Assembly: GCA_951406725.2 (NCBI GenBank)
Contig: OX597821.1
Coordinates: forward strand, 94,612,001 to 94,676,000
Source of the DNA: Octopus vulgaris
Taxonomy: Eukaryota
Direction of reading: 5' to 3'
DNA length: 64,000 nucleotides
Shown here: piece by piece, positions 1 to 13,837 of the stretch
How the letters are laid out: the number at the start of each line of letters is the position of its first letter
Position numbering within the stretch: the first letter of the stretch is position 1
Made by a program: the position numbers and the translations under genes
Notes under the pieces: generated by a model
Seen by the model: only the letters and a program-made list of their open reading frames with translations
Told to the model about the DNA's origin: nothing
Database searches by the model: none

Positions 1-59
<59 letters not shown>

Positions 60-707
60 AAGAGTTTGTGGTATCTTTGGACACATGCTAGCGAATGAAG
101 AAGAAAATGAAGGAAAAATATGAGGTTAGTGATGAAGGGAGAGATGGTGAGGGCCGGTAGGAAGTTTTGTGAGTGGTGTATGAGATGAAAGGAGGAGGAG
201 GAAGGCAGAGAGAATATGAATATAAAGAATTTCAAAAAACAAGTAAAAATTTTAAATACCTTTTTTATAGTCAGTTTTCATTTAATATGATGAGTTCAAA
301 ACGTTTTTTTTTTTAGCACAAAGACACATTTAGGGAAGTATAATCTATTATATCGATCATTGAACTTGATTGAACTTAATTGGCTCCGGAAGGAGGAAAA
401 ACAAATCGAATGTTTGCGGCATCTGAAGTTAGATCGGAAAGGACGTAACTAAATACCACATGGTATATTTCCGATTTTATACAGTGTGAGTCAGTAAACT
501 CATCGTTTTCTCGTTTTCTTTAATAGGCATGTGAACATGTGATGTCGAAATGTGGCATTATCTACATCCCCTGCCACATTCATGAACTCACGTGCAAACG
601 CTTTCACCGTTGCGCGTCATTAGTTACGAGGTAAACAAAACTGTCACGTGACCACTGACATAATCGTACCTGAAGACTAATGTTCATAGAAATGGTATTT
701 TTTAAAA

Positions 708-936
708 GCAGCGAGCTGGCAGAAACGTTAGCACACCGGGCGAAATGCTTAGCGGTATTTCGTCTGTGTTATGTTGTGAGTTCAAATTCCGCCGAGGTCG
801 ACTTTCCCTCTCATCCTTTCGGGGTCGATAAATTAAGTACCAGTTACGCACTGGGGTCCATGTAATCGACTTAATACCTATGTCTGTCCTTGTTTGTCCC
901 CTCTGTGTTTAGCCCCTTGTGGGTAATAAAGAAATA
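708..936 (+). mobile_element. tRNA-derived SINE, family A (monomer)
   Basis: Head GGCGAGCTGGCAGAAACG, B box GTTCAAATTCC, central CATCCTTTCGGGGTCGATAAATTAAGTACCAG. 14-bp TSD ggtattttttaaaa at 694-707 and 937-950. Confidence 0.9.
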
Positions 937-1092
937 GGTATTTTTTAAAAAACTATCTTACTGGTTTCATCCAATGAACTGTGACTACGCTGGGATATAA
1001 TCGACTGTATTGAAATTCAGTCGATTATATCGATCCAAGTAATAGACTCGGGCTTTATTTTATTGAATGAAAGACAAAGTGAACTCCGGCTT

Positions 1093-1224
1093 CCTGTCCA
1101 TGAGTAAAATCGTTGACAAACACGTGATCATAAATTTCACTACTTGCGAAGTAAACACAGCGATGTCACTCGGCACACTGCTTCATGAAGGTCCCTGCTA
1201 GCTCTCACCGCGCACCCAACCGTT
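1093..1224 (-). mobile_element. Mariner 5' fragment, same family as 5247-6097
   Basis: Near-identical to 5895-6040 (gaagtaaacacagcgatgtcactcggcac...catgaaggtccct). Confidence 0.8.
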
Positions 1225-1429
1225 CAAATCTAACTGGACAACGTAAACCCCCAGCTAGATTTGAACTTAGAGAGTTGATTTCAACAAAATTTTCTTGGGA
1301 TCTAGGACTCAAAAGAGCTGATTACCAGGTTTCCATGGCGAATAAGTAATTAAATTCAAATATTCTTCCTGAATATGATGCCGATCCATGGCAGGGTACA
1401 AAGCCCGCAATTTAGTGGAGAGGGAACTA

Positions 1430-1592
1430 GTCGACTATATTGACCCTGTACTTGGCTGGAATTATATTGACCCCGCAAAGGATGAAAGGCAAAGTTAACT
1501 TCAGCAGGAATTGAACTCAGAACGTAAAGAACCGAAAGAAATTCCGCTACGCATTTTGTCCGACTAGCCAACAATTTCACCAGTTTACTGAC
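1430..1592 (-). mobile_element. Decayed SINE family A copy
   Basis: gaccccgcaaaggatgaaaggcaaagttaac...gaattgaactcagaacg matches the reverse complement of family A. Confidence 0.75.
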
Positions 1593-2232
1593 TTAAAAGA
1601 AGTAACTGGACGTAATCAAATACCACGTTCAATGCCACTGTTACTGATTGATTGTACCGGTAGATGACTTCGCAGATTTAAATAACGACGTATTAATCCG
1701 CGTTTTAATTTAAACGTTTTTAATTTGACAAAATGAATAACAGCTCTGTGGTTTTGATTGAGTATCGGAGTGTTAGTTAATGTATCAGCGACTAGTATGT
1801 AGTAACTAGCGCCGTAGTTCACTGTGTGTTGACAAAGGCATTATTTTGTTTTGGTTTAGTGGGGTTTTTAGCTCTTCGAAAATGGTGAGTGTACAAGCAA
1901 ATCTGATCCTCAAATCAGGTCTGGCTCAAATACTCTGCGATTGAGTGTAATCTGTTGAATGTATTTAAGGGCTAAGTAGTGATGATAAACCGGGTGACGG
2001 ATTAAGACTACCATCTAACAGGAACCGCTCCTCTTAAAGGTTCCTCGAAAGTTTCTGTCTTCAAACTTTCACTCATATGATTTTTGTCAACCCGAGGTTA
2101 TGGTCGCCTTATGTGTCGCGAAGTGGCATCGAACTCGAAACCAAGTGGTTACAAAGCAAACGTATTAACCACACGTCTTAACCGTGTTCCAGCTCTCTCA
2201 GATGCTATGCACATATCGATATTTCCAATTGT

Positions 2233-2470
2233 GAAAGTGCGTGACCTAGTGGTCAAAGTGTTGCACTCATGATCGCAAGATCATGGTTTCGACTCCCGGT
2301 CCCGGGTAGAATGTTGCTCCAATCCACCCAACTGTAAATGTGTTCCAGCAATATCTGAGAAGTCAAACCTATGACAGACTGGCGTCCCGTTCAGGGTGAG
2401 TGTTGTAATCTCAATCACACACCATGGAAACCAGAGTCCTAAGACATATGAGAGACCTAGGTCTAAGTCT
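2233..2470 (+). mobile_element. Decayed tRNA-derived SINE with a V-domain-like core
   Basis: A box (gacctagtggtc), B box (ggtttcgactcc) and a segment cctatgacagactggcgtcccgttcaggg resembling the V-SINE core. A related tail lies at 60905-61002. Confidence 0.6.
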
Positions 2471-3203
2471 TCATTAACTTACTCTAGGAATACATCACAC
2501 AATGTAATCTTCTGTTCACGAGGTGGTGATTCTAGCAAGTCAAACAGTTATGTTGTCTCTTTTGCTCAAAGAATTGGAAATGGATTTAGAATTTGTGAAG
2601 TTTTTAGTTAGCTCCATTCAGCTTTGATTCAACAGATCTATGCGATAAATATTACAGCCATATCCAATCTTTTACACAAATAAAATGACTTGTTCACTAA
2701 GTCCTTCTCATTGAAACTACAGTGGAGTGAAATTTGAAAGATTTTACTGTTATTTCTAGCAGGTTTATTGACCAGGTGGAAAGACTGCTCCTCTCATGCA
2801 TTTGTAAGATGGTTAAAGTGTGAAGAAGCTTATTAAAGTAAGTATTTAAACTATTTATTAAACAATATGCCGAGTATGTATGGCAATAGTGTATCCTTAT
2901 TGTTTTTTCATAAATACCAAAGTTCGAGATTAGTAACAAGCTAATTACTCACATGATTGTTGATTTCTTAATTAAGGCCAAACAATTAACGACATAAACA
3001 GATATTTACTACTCAGATAGTCGAGTGAATATAGAACAGAACGACCGGATTCAATCGAAAGCAAAACAGCTGAAAAAGCGGCTGTTCGATTCTTAGCATC
3101 GTTACTGCGATGTTGCCATAGCTCTGACAGTTGTCAACGACTGCAAGGTTCATCTAATGGGTTCCATATTATGGTATCATTCACAGCACTAAGCAGGCAC
3201 TTT

Positions 3204-3917
3204 AAAACTGATACTTGAATTTCAGAGTTGAGCTGAATTTGAATACCAGAACTTAAAACTGATACTTGAATTTCGGAGTTGAGCTGAATTTGAATACCAG
3301 AACTTAAAACTGATACTTGAATTTCAGAGTTGAGCTGAATTTGAATACCAGAACTTAAAACTGATACTTGAATTTCGGAGTTGAGCTGAATTTGAATACC
3401 AGAACTTAAAACTGATACTTGAATTTCAGAGTTGAGCTGAATTTGAATACCAGAACTTAAAACTGATACTTGAATTTCGGAGTTGAGCTGAATTTGAATA
3501 CCAGAACTTAAAACTGATACTTGAATTTCAGAGTTGAGCTGAATTTGAATACCAGAACTTAAAACTGATACTTGAATTTCAGAGTTGAGCTGAATTTGAA
3601 TACCAGAACTTAAAACTGATACTTGAATTTCAGAGTTGAGCTAAATTTGAATACCAGAACTTAAAACTGATACTTGAATTTCAGAGTTGAGCTGAATTTG
3701 AATACCAGAACTTAAAACTGATACTTGAATTTCAGAGTTGAGCTAAATTTGAATACCAGAACTTAAAACTGATACTTGAATTTCAGAGTTGAGCTGAATT
3801 TGAATACCAGAACTTAAAACTGATACTTGAATTTCAGAGTTGAGCTAAATTTGAATACCAGAACTTAAAACTGATACTTGAATTTCAGAGTTGAGCTGAA
3901 TTTGAATACCAGAACTT
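3204..3917. repeat. Minisatellite, 14 x 51 bp
   Basis: Unit aaaactgatacttgaatttcagagttgagctgaatttgaataccagaactt; 714 bp equals exactly 14 units, with only two variant positions. Confidence 0.97.
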
Positions 3918-4419
3918 TAGTACTTAGCAAGAAATGATCAATGGCCAGCTACCCAGCCATCACACCGGCAACAATGTATTTCATACGAGCCTCTCTCTAC
4001 TGGGTCTTTCTACTGATTCCGTATTTATTTTAGCCTTTTAAAGAATTCCAATTTGAATTTCATTTTCAGTCACTTTTTAGAACATTCCCACGTAAATCCG
4101 TCTTAACTAAATCTTATCCCCGTTGAGTTTTTTTTCCTTTTTCTTTGGGATGAAGCATTCAGCTTTGTCGTATCACCAGATGACAAGTACAGATCACAGA
4201 CTTGTGATCTATGTGGTCATCTACCTGAAACTGGACATCTTATGCTGCCCCTGTCTACTAACCTACTTAAATCTCTTTCTAAATACAACCTGGATGACCG
4301 ACTTCAATTTCACCAAATCTAGATTAACACATTCAAAAACATCTACTAAGACTTCTTATATGTTATTCTGACACAATCTTAGACTGCGCTTAAAATGCCA
4401 TTTTACTTTCTCATTGATA

Positions 4420-4560
4420 AGCGTAATGCCAGAAGGAATCTTATCTGAAGAACTATGTCTGTGGGATTACTGTCGAGGGCATAAACAGCCTGCTTTTCTT
4501 AATTCTCTTAATTGCTCAGTCAGGAAATGAACAGCATCCGTATCTCTTTTTCAGGTGTCT
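4420..4560 (-). mobile_element. Highly decayed LINE reverse-transcriptase fragment
   Basis: Minus-strand EKQAVYALDSNPTDIVLQIRFLL resembles the RT motif EEQAGFRxGRSTTDQIFxLR. Confidence 0.4.
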
Positions 4561-5246
4561 TTAACTATGGACTCCCACGGTGCTTTGTGAAGAAGTTCCC
4601 AATGTGGTTCATAAAGAGGACTCAACTCAATCGGTAAAACATTAAATTATTGTTGTTACTGTTATTCTGGGTTAGTCGACGTTTCTCTTCTTGACTGGAG
4701 CGCGTCTTCAAACCTCTCTCTTAATCAACCAAAATCTCCCGTGATTTAGTCTCCTGCTCTTTGCCCTAACATCATTGAAGACCTTTTAGTTCGGTTGTGT
4801 TTGTATATTTTGTGGTCGCAATTGTTTGCGTTCGTTGTGATTATGACTACTATTGTTGCTGTTGTTGCACATATTCTTTAGGATTTTGTATTTGTGGCTA
4901 ATTTGACCGATTTTCTACTCGGTTTTTATTCTTAGTGTCGTAGTTATATGTGACCCTCTCATGTTTGGGATGAAAGGGAGTTTAAGAAGCTTTTCGTCGA
5001 ATAGATAGGAAAAAGAAACAACTTAAATTTCATCTCCATCACGAGTCAAACATTAATGTTTATATAATAATAGTCTGGCAGTTTTGAAGAAATCTGGTGT
5101 TGACGACTCCTCAACTTTTAAGGTCGTTTTAGATCTGCTCTTCCAGAATTTCACATTCAATACATTATTACCCCGCTATTCTGTATATACGACCGCGTAT
5201 GAACATCCCTTGCTTTCATACACTCTATCGCTTTTTTACGATAGTA

Positions 5247-6097
5247 CGAGGTGGTATCAAAGAGTTCCCAGATTAGTTATGTTTAATAAAAAGAAAAGCT
5301 TATTTACCTAAGTTTTAACATCAAAATAGTCACCTTGCACAACAATACACTGGTCCTAGCGTTCCTGCCGCTTTTGGGATCCGGCCTGGAAGTCGTTTTC
5401 CGTAAGCGAGTCGAGGACCTTCTGCGATTCAACGGTGTTAAAACGGCAACCTTTGAACTGCATTTTCATTTTAGGGAAGAGGTGGAAGTCTGCAGGTGCT
5501 AAATCTGGCGAATAGAGCAAGAAACTAAGATTCGGGAGGGCTTGGTGACAGGAAGCATTGTCATCGTGAAGAATCCAGACTTTAGGATTGTCTTCACAGA
5601 CCCATACTACAGACCAACAACATCAGCAATGTCGTTGATTGTTCTCCGACGACTCTCATGCACCAGCTGATGAATTTTCTCCACATTTGCGTGGGGACGC
5701 TCGTGGCAGGTCATCCAGATCGCTCATCGTCTTCCAGGGACGTTCTTCTACTTTTGAAGCGCCCGTGCCACTGGAAACATTGCGTACGACCCCGTTGCCT
5801 TACTGCTGTAAACTTCCCGTACCATGCGCAATGTCTCTGTGGCAGACTTCTCAAGCTTCATGCAAAATTTCACATTGACGCTTTGTTCTTAATTCCTGCC
5901 CATGACAAAATCGCAGACTGCAACATATATGTGATCGCAAAAACACAAATTTCACAACTTTTGAAGTAAACACAGCGATGTCACTCGGCACTCTGCCTCA
6001 TGAAGGTCCCTACTAGCTCTCACTACACACACAACCGTCTACTGCCATCTGTTGGCGCGCTACAGAACTAGTTCGGCAACGTTTTGATACCACTTTG
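5247..6097 (-). mobile_element. Internally deleted mariner transposon
   Basis: Imperfect TIRs of about 32 bp (CGAGGTGGTATCAAAGAGTTCC vs CAAAGTGGTATCAAAACGTTGC) with TA TSDs at 5245-46 and 6098-99. Disrupted transposase: HTH region VKFCMKLEKSATET...FQWHGRFKSRRTSLEDDERSG*P, then WILHDDNASCH and YSPDLAPADFHLFPKMK. Confidence 0.93.
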
Positions 6098-7789
6098 TAA
6101 ATCACTTCGATATACTCCCTATTTCCATCCATCTTTCTCTGATTTAAATCGAACATTTAGTTTTTCAAATTTAGTCCTTTTCATATGTATCAAATTGAGG
6201 CCTGAATATCGATTAAACTTGAGCTCATTTCCACTGTTGCAGGTAGGTATGATTTATTGCTTGAATCGAATCTCCGACTTGATTCAAGAATAAATTATAA
6301 GACATCGTGATTTCTGTTTCTTTTCTCGGTGAGCTATGGGAGTTTCACCCACCACCTTCCATTTCTAGACACGAACAGACATTGTGTGTATTTCCTCATG
6401 TGGTGTATATCAAAGTGCTTTTCAACAGTTGATTGCAATAACAAAGTTTAATGCTTCCATGCCTATTCAGTTGGTGTTTGTACGACTGCTGCTGCTGCTA
6501 CTATTATACCTCAACAGTATCTGACAGTATAAGTACAATCACTGTCGCAAACTTCAACGCTTTTCATTAATACAGTACTATTTTAACTGCGAAATTAAAC
6601 AAATTTCTTGATCATGCCAGTAATTATGCTACGTCTGCCAAATAATAGAATTGGTAGTTTTTGCAAGTTACGGTGCTTCAATAAATTTGACATATCTGTA
6701 CAAACTTAGCTTCAAACATGACATTCCTTCACAAAAATTTAACTGGTATATAAAACTGCTTTCTGCAGTTAAGGGTAACGAAATTTTGAGTGGATATATG
6801 TGATTTCTTCAATGAAAAGAGCTAGATTCCAAATGTGGCATTGTCAACTACATTGTTCTTGTTGCTTTGTCCAAAGTAAGCTCTAATCGAAGGAGTTTCA
6901 ATCTTGACCATCCAACCTTTTATTTCTATTTCAGGGACTACATTATCTAATCTATCATTCTTCATTTTCGAAGAAAAGCGTAATTGAGGTAAGTTCTACG
7001 ATTTCTAACAGGTCAAACGTTAACGCCACCACCACCACCACCACCACTACTACTACCGCTACTGCTGCCGCTGAAACGAGGTTATAAGGCAGAATCGATA
7101 ATTGTGTAACCATGTTTGCTGAACTGCAACCCTCAACGGGGGATCCTGTGGAGTTGATGATGCATTTTCCTTACAAATGACATTAGTTGACAACTTATAC
7201 TGCTCCCGGAATCTCTTAATCGATTCTCCCTGTGACAGTTTCCCACTTAAAGAGGTGACACAGACGAAGATCATCTTTTATATTCCGCAGGACCAAAGGA
7301 ATGGTCTATCGATTGCATTTCATTTTGAACGAAGTATCAATAGGCAGTTTTGATAATCCGCGCTGTCTTTGTTGGCATGACGATCCGAGCGGATCTACAA
7401 TATATTGTTCTCTGTGCATAAGCTTCAAGATCTGACCAAATTACATTTAATAGATTGTCTGGTTATAGGCTGCTTAATGCGGAGTATTACACCCAAAAGC
7501 TTTTTTTCAAAGTTATCTGCAATGTCCTGAAATAGAAACAGTGGTTTTCCAGAGACAGAAGTAATGTGTTTCTACAACTTTTATAGTTTTTCTTTTCTCG
7601 AGGCAAATCAAAATCAATTTCTACGGAGGAATAAAAATACAAAGTTACCAAAGGCGAGAGAATAAGGTTATATAATCCCCATCTATTTCACATGCGCATT
7701 AGTTTCAAACGGGAATCGAACTTAGCCTGCAGAATTCGCAGGTCAGAAGATTGTTGTTGCTCTTTTCTGATTCATCAACATCATTATAT

Positions 7790-9400
7790 TATGTTGGTTT
7801 TCCCATTCTTGCATGGTTTGGCTTGGTTTTCGCCAGTACAGTGTTTCACCATTTGCGGCGGGTTTTTTTTCTCTTTTTTAGCTCCTTTGGGAAGATCAGA
7901 ATCTTGCGATCAGCAAATTCCTTCTATTTGGTCTTATTATGCACTCTTGTACTGAACTATCATTTTCCATCGGCATCACATGTGCATATCAGCACAGTTG
8001 CTTGCACACACCATTTGATCCCACTATTATATTTTGCCAACTGTATTTCATGCATGCTAGCACGACACACCCAGCGGAACAATCTCACTTTTGCTTAAAT
8101 TCAGTCTTCGCACATTCTTTGCATCCAATGCCAAGAGGTATGGGCACAGAAAGCAGCATCCATAACTTACTTTTATGTCATATCATACTTCGTAGGCAAG
8201 TATCATAAAATTTTACCCTTCACTCGGTCTTACAAGGGCAATGCTACCCTGAAAATGTTGGTTCTCCTTTTTATTTTGGTTATTATGTTTTTACAGCACC
8301 CATCTCTACTGCTAATTAACTCGGTGCCAGTAGATGTCAGTTGTTGCTTCTAGCGAGCAGGATGGGTTTTTTTTTTCTTTTAACCTGCCTGTGTCTACCT
8401 CCATTTCTCATGAAACCCTTAATTTACATACTGTACGCAATGTAGAATTCCTTACCTGTTTCTTTTCTGCACAACTAGTTTGGCCACGTTCCTTCCAAAT
8501 GACACCAGGTCTGTATACTGAATTTTTCTAGTTTTACTTATATAACTTGATTCTAAGCTCTAGTTCCACGTTTGGAAATTTTCCCCCATTTCTTCCACAG
8601 ACTTGGCTATGAGAAGTAGGTCGTCAGTATATAAGAATTCATAGTTAGCCAGTGAAGAAAACCATGCGTTGTCCTGACAAACATTCCAAGTGCATCAAAT
8701 CTAAGCTAATTTTTTCTCAAGATGTACCATAATTCTTGTCAACTTCGCAATTTGATATTGCTTTTGTTATTCCTTTCTATGGCATCTCCATTGCCTCTGT
8801 AGCACGTAATCACGTTTGCTGCTAGCATCTATACAAGTAATTGACATGTTTCAATTCGACGGATACTGCCTTGGTTCTTTCAGCTGTGTCGTCATCAACC
8901 CCAGTAGCCGTAACGTCTGCTGAGTCAATGAATTCCTCTCATTCAGTAAGATCTTGTAGCAGCATTTCCTTACCTCTTCCTTATTGGCGTCAATGATGGC
9001 GAATGCGTCCTCTTCACTACGTATACACTTTTCTCCAACAAAGCACTGCTCAATAATCCAGAACACCCCATAGCGAAGGACGATGGGGGAACCTCTTGCT
9101 TTCAGCTTCTCTCCTAGCTCAGTGTATCTGACGTGCAATCTAACTACTTGGAATTCTTTATTGTCCTACACTATCTTTACTCCATCCTTACCGTATGACT
9201 ACATCATCCTCTGCTTAATTGCAGCTTTGCTCCATCAACAGATATGGCAGTGCGATTCACAGTGGGTTTATTTCTTAGAAACTGCCAATTTGTCTATCTC
9301 GTCCACCTTCGCTTCCTTAGTATTTCTTTAAATTTAGACTTGGTATATACCTTTCTTCTCCATTTTTCTTCTATCATAGCATGAGGTCGCTGATAACTAG
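7790..9400 (-). mobile_element. Decayed RTE-type LINE (RT region)
   Basis: Frameshifted minus-strand remnants: CYRGNGDAIERNN (like CYKGKGDALERGNYRG), KFQTWN*SLES, NSTLRTVCKL, YDTCLRSMI*HKSKLW (like YxACVRSxMLxGSETW), FRWVC. Confidence 0.65.
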
Positions 9401-9699
9401 CCTATGTTGAGAGGTAATTTCTTTACCAAAGAAAGACTTGTCTGTCCTATTTTCCTGTTTGTCGAAGAGTAACCACTATTTTCTTTTGTCTAGACACAGG
9501 ATTATATTATTGAGGGAATAACAGAATGAATTTTAGTTATAGGTGAAAACGAAATTGAAAATTTAAATGCAGAAAGTAAACTAAAAGTCGCCACGTAAAT
9601 TGATTAAAACTTACCTCTTACTCCACAGCATTCATCAATGAATAAATTAGCAAATAAATAAAACAGAAAAGAAAGAAAAACCGAAACAACTGAAATGAA

Positions 9700-10439
9700 A
9701 TATTTGATTATTTTAATATTTATTCAACTTTTGAAAAAATAAATTAATGTAAAATTTGTACAAGTTTCTCTGGTTTTAACAAATATGCCAGGGAAAGAAA
9801 TAGGGGAAATCACAGTTCAGCTATCTGGCCAGTCACGAACAACGTCTAAAAAGTCTGATTGGAAATCATTTTCAGCATATATAATTTTTATATATATTTT
9901 CTTTTAGAGTTCCAAAGTATTCTTGACCATTTTTCTTGGAATCGTCTCTATAAATATGTATATAGATATCAATGTAGATATCATCGTTGTCGTATCGGGA
10001 TAAAAGTTCGTTTAATCTCCACCAGAAATATGGCTGCAGTGTAGTTTGGTTGGTATGTTATATCTTTGTGACCAAAGCAGTGGCTAACAACACAAAACCA
10101 CCCTTGTTTGTTTTAACAAACCCAGTCCGTAAAAAAAAAAAAATGTAACGATTTGGCTTTTAACTTTGGGTTGAGTTTTTGTGAGTGCGAGTTTTTTTTT
10201 TTTTTTCCTTTTGTTCAGCTGTACTGAGAGTTAAAAAACTCAATATATGCAACAAAAAAAAAAGCAAGTTGTATTTATTTAGTCATTCAAAACTTGATAT
10301 TTTTTCTTGTGTCGTTACTCCGAGTTTCACGCTATAAAAGCGTTCGTCAGATGGTTGCTTCAGATTGGCATAACAAATTTCAAAAATTCTAAAATTCTTC
10401 AAGTTTTGAATAAATAAATAACATTCTCTCACACAAAAA

Positions 10440-10485
<46 letters not shown>

Positions 10486-13400
10486 GTATATGTATGTGTG
10501 TCTAAGCGAGGTGGATAGTGGTGGTCACGAAGAATTCACTCGATTCTATTTACATTATGATTAGGAAATGATCTGCAGCTCTAGGAGCACCAATATCGTA
10601 TGATCAATAGCTGTCGCCATCAGCTCAATCAAATTTTTCTACAATGACAATGGTATCTCGACATGTTTTCCTTTCACTCACTAATAGAATGTTATTTTAT
10701 ATTATTATATTGTTTATTCTGTAACTTCTATCACTTCTCCAGGAAACTGGAAAAAAAAAAATTTATTCTGCAGTTCATTTGTTTTCATTTTTGTTAAAAT
10801 TCTTTTTGTTTCACTTTAGTTTTTCCATGATGTCTTTTAATTTGTTTTGACTGGACAAAAATAATATCTTGGGATGTTTTGGAAACATCACACGTCAATC
10901 TTATTTTCATAGTCTCCATTTTTCTTTTTCTTTTTCTGCCATTTATTCCACTATTTTGGCAATCTGCCATGTTATTTCATGTGCTAGATAGAAATTTTTT
11001 TTCTTTTTCTTGTTAATAGATCGAAGTAAGTATGCAATGGTCAGTTATACCCTGTACAATATTTTTCTTAAATATTCTCTCTTTTTTTTACACAATCACA
11101 CACTGGATTTCTATGAACGAAAGAGGTTGTATTTTTCAAAATGATATATATATGCCCGCAGATTCTAGAATACTGTGGATTACATTTATACACTATACTA
11201 CTCGTGTTCCATTTGAATAAAAGTTCCGTAGAAAGAAAAGTACAAAGAGGGTGGTCTGAAAGAATCAGTCAATAGGAATGGTATTAATTATATTCGGGGG
11301 TCGCTAACGAAATTAATCATATGTATATACACAAAAAAAAATTACGAAGGAATATATTTCATTATTTCATAACATTCCCCATCTAAAATTCCATATACAC
11401 ACCATATATCATATATATATATATATATATACATACACACATAGTGTCAAGTTTCTTTTAACTAAGTTTCTGTAAATGCTAAAAGAAGATTATGTTAAGA
11501 TGGCATTCGTTCGTGGGTTGTCTTAAAAAAAGAAAGTGTAACATTTGCCATCGTATTCCTATAAGGATTTCTTCCCCCCTAAACGAGATGACCTACCGCT
11601 ATTAAATATTTTATTCATAGAGATCATTCAGTATAAGATCAAATTGTTAGGGGGGAAAAAAGAGGAAATAGCGACTGTAACTGTTTGTATATATTTCACA
11701 TTCCGAACATTGCAATGTTACGAATGGAACGATATGTCATCAGTTCATTTTATATGGCAAAGAAAAAAAATTATAATGGGTTAATATTTTAACATCTTAG
11801 TCTCTCTCCAACTCAACTTAATGCAACTATATCCTAAAATTTACAAGCATCTCTTTCTTCGTCGTTTTAGCAAAATCAAATGATTCTTGTCGAAGTAGGG
11901 AACCGGGAATAATAATCATTAATATAATGATTTAAAACAATTCTATTTTTTTTTTTAATTAGCTTGAAAGCCAATCGTTGAAGACAAATCTATTGGGTAT
12001 GGCATCCACAACAGTACATTCCTGGTGGGTATTTCAGAGTTGCACGTTTGGTGTGTGCGCGGGGTTGGGGTTCAAATTAAAGTCAAACCTTTATAGAATT
12101 TAAACTTAGATGAAAATGGACAAACTCCCAACGTAATAATCACTAGTCTGATGCCTAACCTTTGTTGGCTAACCTGCTGCTTTTCTACAAGTAAATATGC
12201 CTGGCACTTATTCATCGACTCTGCCAGGATTTGAACTTACTACATGAAAAGGTGATATTAAATATTCGCAAGTGATTGCAATTTTTTTCAGAGCTATATA
12301 CTCTTTCAGTCTTTTCATTGCTTTACTCTAACTAATAATAATAATATTGATCTCTTATTTTATAGTACAATGCCACAAATCTTGGAACGAAGAGTGCAGT
12401 TGACCACAGAATTTCACTGGTACTTTTGTACATTCTTTTTTTAACCGACAGCTGAAGAATAATAATAGAAAACAGACTGGACCTTGCCAGTATTGGAACT
12501 CAGAATGTAAATACCGTAAAAAAACATTAAATTAAATTCCGATGCCTATACTGACACTACCATCTGCCCCAGTAGCAGTAGTAGTAGATTATTGTACTAG
12601 TGTATCTGTCTCCGTAGGGACGAATATAGGAGGAAGATGTTTTCCAGACACCCCATTCTCGTAATACAACATAAACAAATGAAAACTTCGGCAGCGGAAA
12701 CCAGAACATGTGCGTGGGAAGTAATTAATAACGACTGTTGAAAGAGATGCTTGACGGGATGGATGGGTTGTATAAAAAAAGTGGATTGGATATATAGTAA
12801 CCAGCCAAATACTTTACTTTCGGTACATTAAAATAGCTTATAAACCAAACTACAAAGTGGGTCTGACATAGAATATCTATTATCCTTCTTTTACGCCGTC
12901 ATCGTCATCTCCCGCTACATTCCTTCACTATATACATACATTATATACAAACATACAGACACTCTCTAAATGATCACATTGCTGCTTCTATAGTTTCAAT
13001 ATCAGACATCACCAGTAAATATCATCAGCGATGTACCAAAAAAAAATCTACGGGGATTATTTTCTGTGGTTATAACTAGAACAGTGGGGCTTAAATACCT
13101 GATTAGTGAGAAGAGAGAATCTGGAGGGTCTATTTTTAAGTCTTTCTCATATTTGGTTAAGAAGAAATATCACTCACTTCTTTCAGAATGTTCTCTCGCA
13201 GATAACAATCCAGCCAGTTAAATAGCTAATGAAACATAAATTATTAATTAGTTAGGTAGTTTCTTTCGTTTTCCTTGTTTGTTTGTTTTTTTTTTGTTTT
13301 TGTTTTTTGTAATTTTTTTCCCCCAAAAAGCATTGCTGGTAAAGTCTATTTACTGTTTTATTTTCGTTTAAGCAATCTTTTCCTTATTATTTTCTGTCCC

Positions 13401-13801
13401 TTTTGCAACATAGCGATGGCGATAACAGTGAAAGGTAGGCCTGGTTACATTGGTGATGGACAGTTTACATTGATGGTGTTGTTGAGTGTGTCAAGGTGGT
13501 ATGATTGCTTGCTGAGCTGATTTTATAATGGAGGGGAGAGACAAAGAGTGAGAATGAGAAAGAAAAAAAAAATGGTTAAAATAAGAAGAGTTTGGAATAA
13601 GATGGCATTAGTTAACAGGTCATTTGCTTTCAGCAGAGCATTTCTTCATTTTAACAACTGTTTTTTTCACTGTAACTAAAATAGTGGATAAAATGGCACT
13701 CTTGGACATTTCCTTCGTCTCGACATCTTCTAAGCAAACACAATCCTGGGAAGATGTCGTATCTTCATATTTTTCAGTTTCTGGATCAAACCAGGAGTCA
13801 G

Positions 13802-13837
<36 letters not shown>

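Noticed and set aside
665-700. CTGAAGA...GAAA hammerhead-like string
   Set aside because: No stem III and NUH arrangement compatible with stem I, and stem II overlaps the GAAA; probably chance.
3204-3917. CRISPR-like regular array or coding repeat (51 bp = 17 codons)
   Set aside because: Units are contiguous with no unique spacers and there are no cas genes. Five frames have stops in the consensus unit, and the one open minus frame is broken by TAG in units 9, 11 and 13.
5639-5969. Plus-strand ORFs of 79 and 103 aa
   Set aside because: Antisense to the disrupted mariner transposase.
7150-7450. Possible Helitron PIF1 helicase remnant (FPLK...PQDQ)
   Set aside because: Similarity to FPxxLAFAMTINKSQGQ is too weak to call by eye; needs a translated HMM search.
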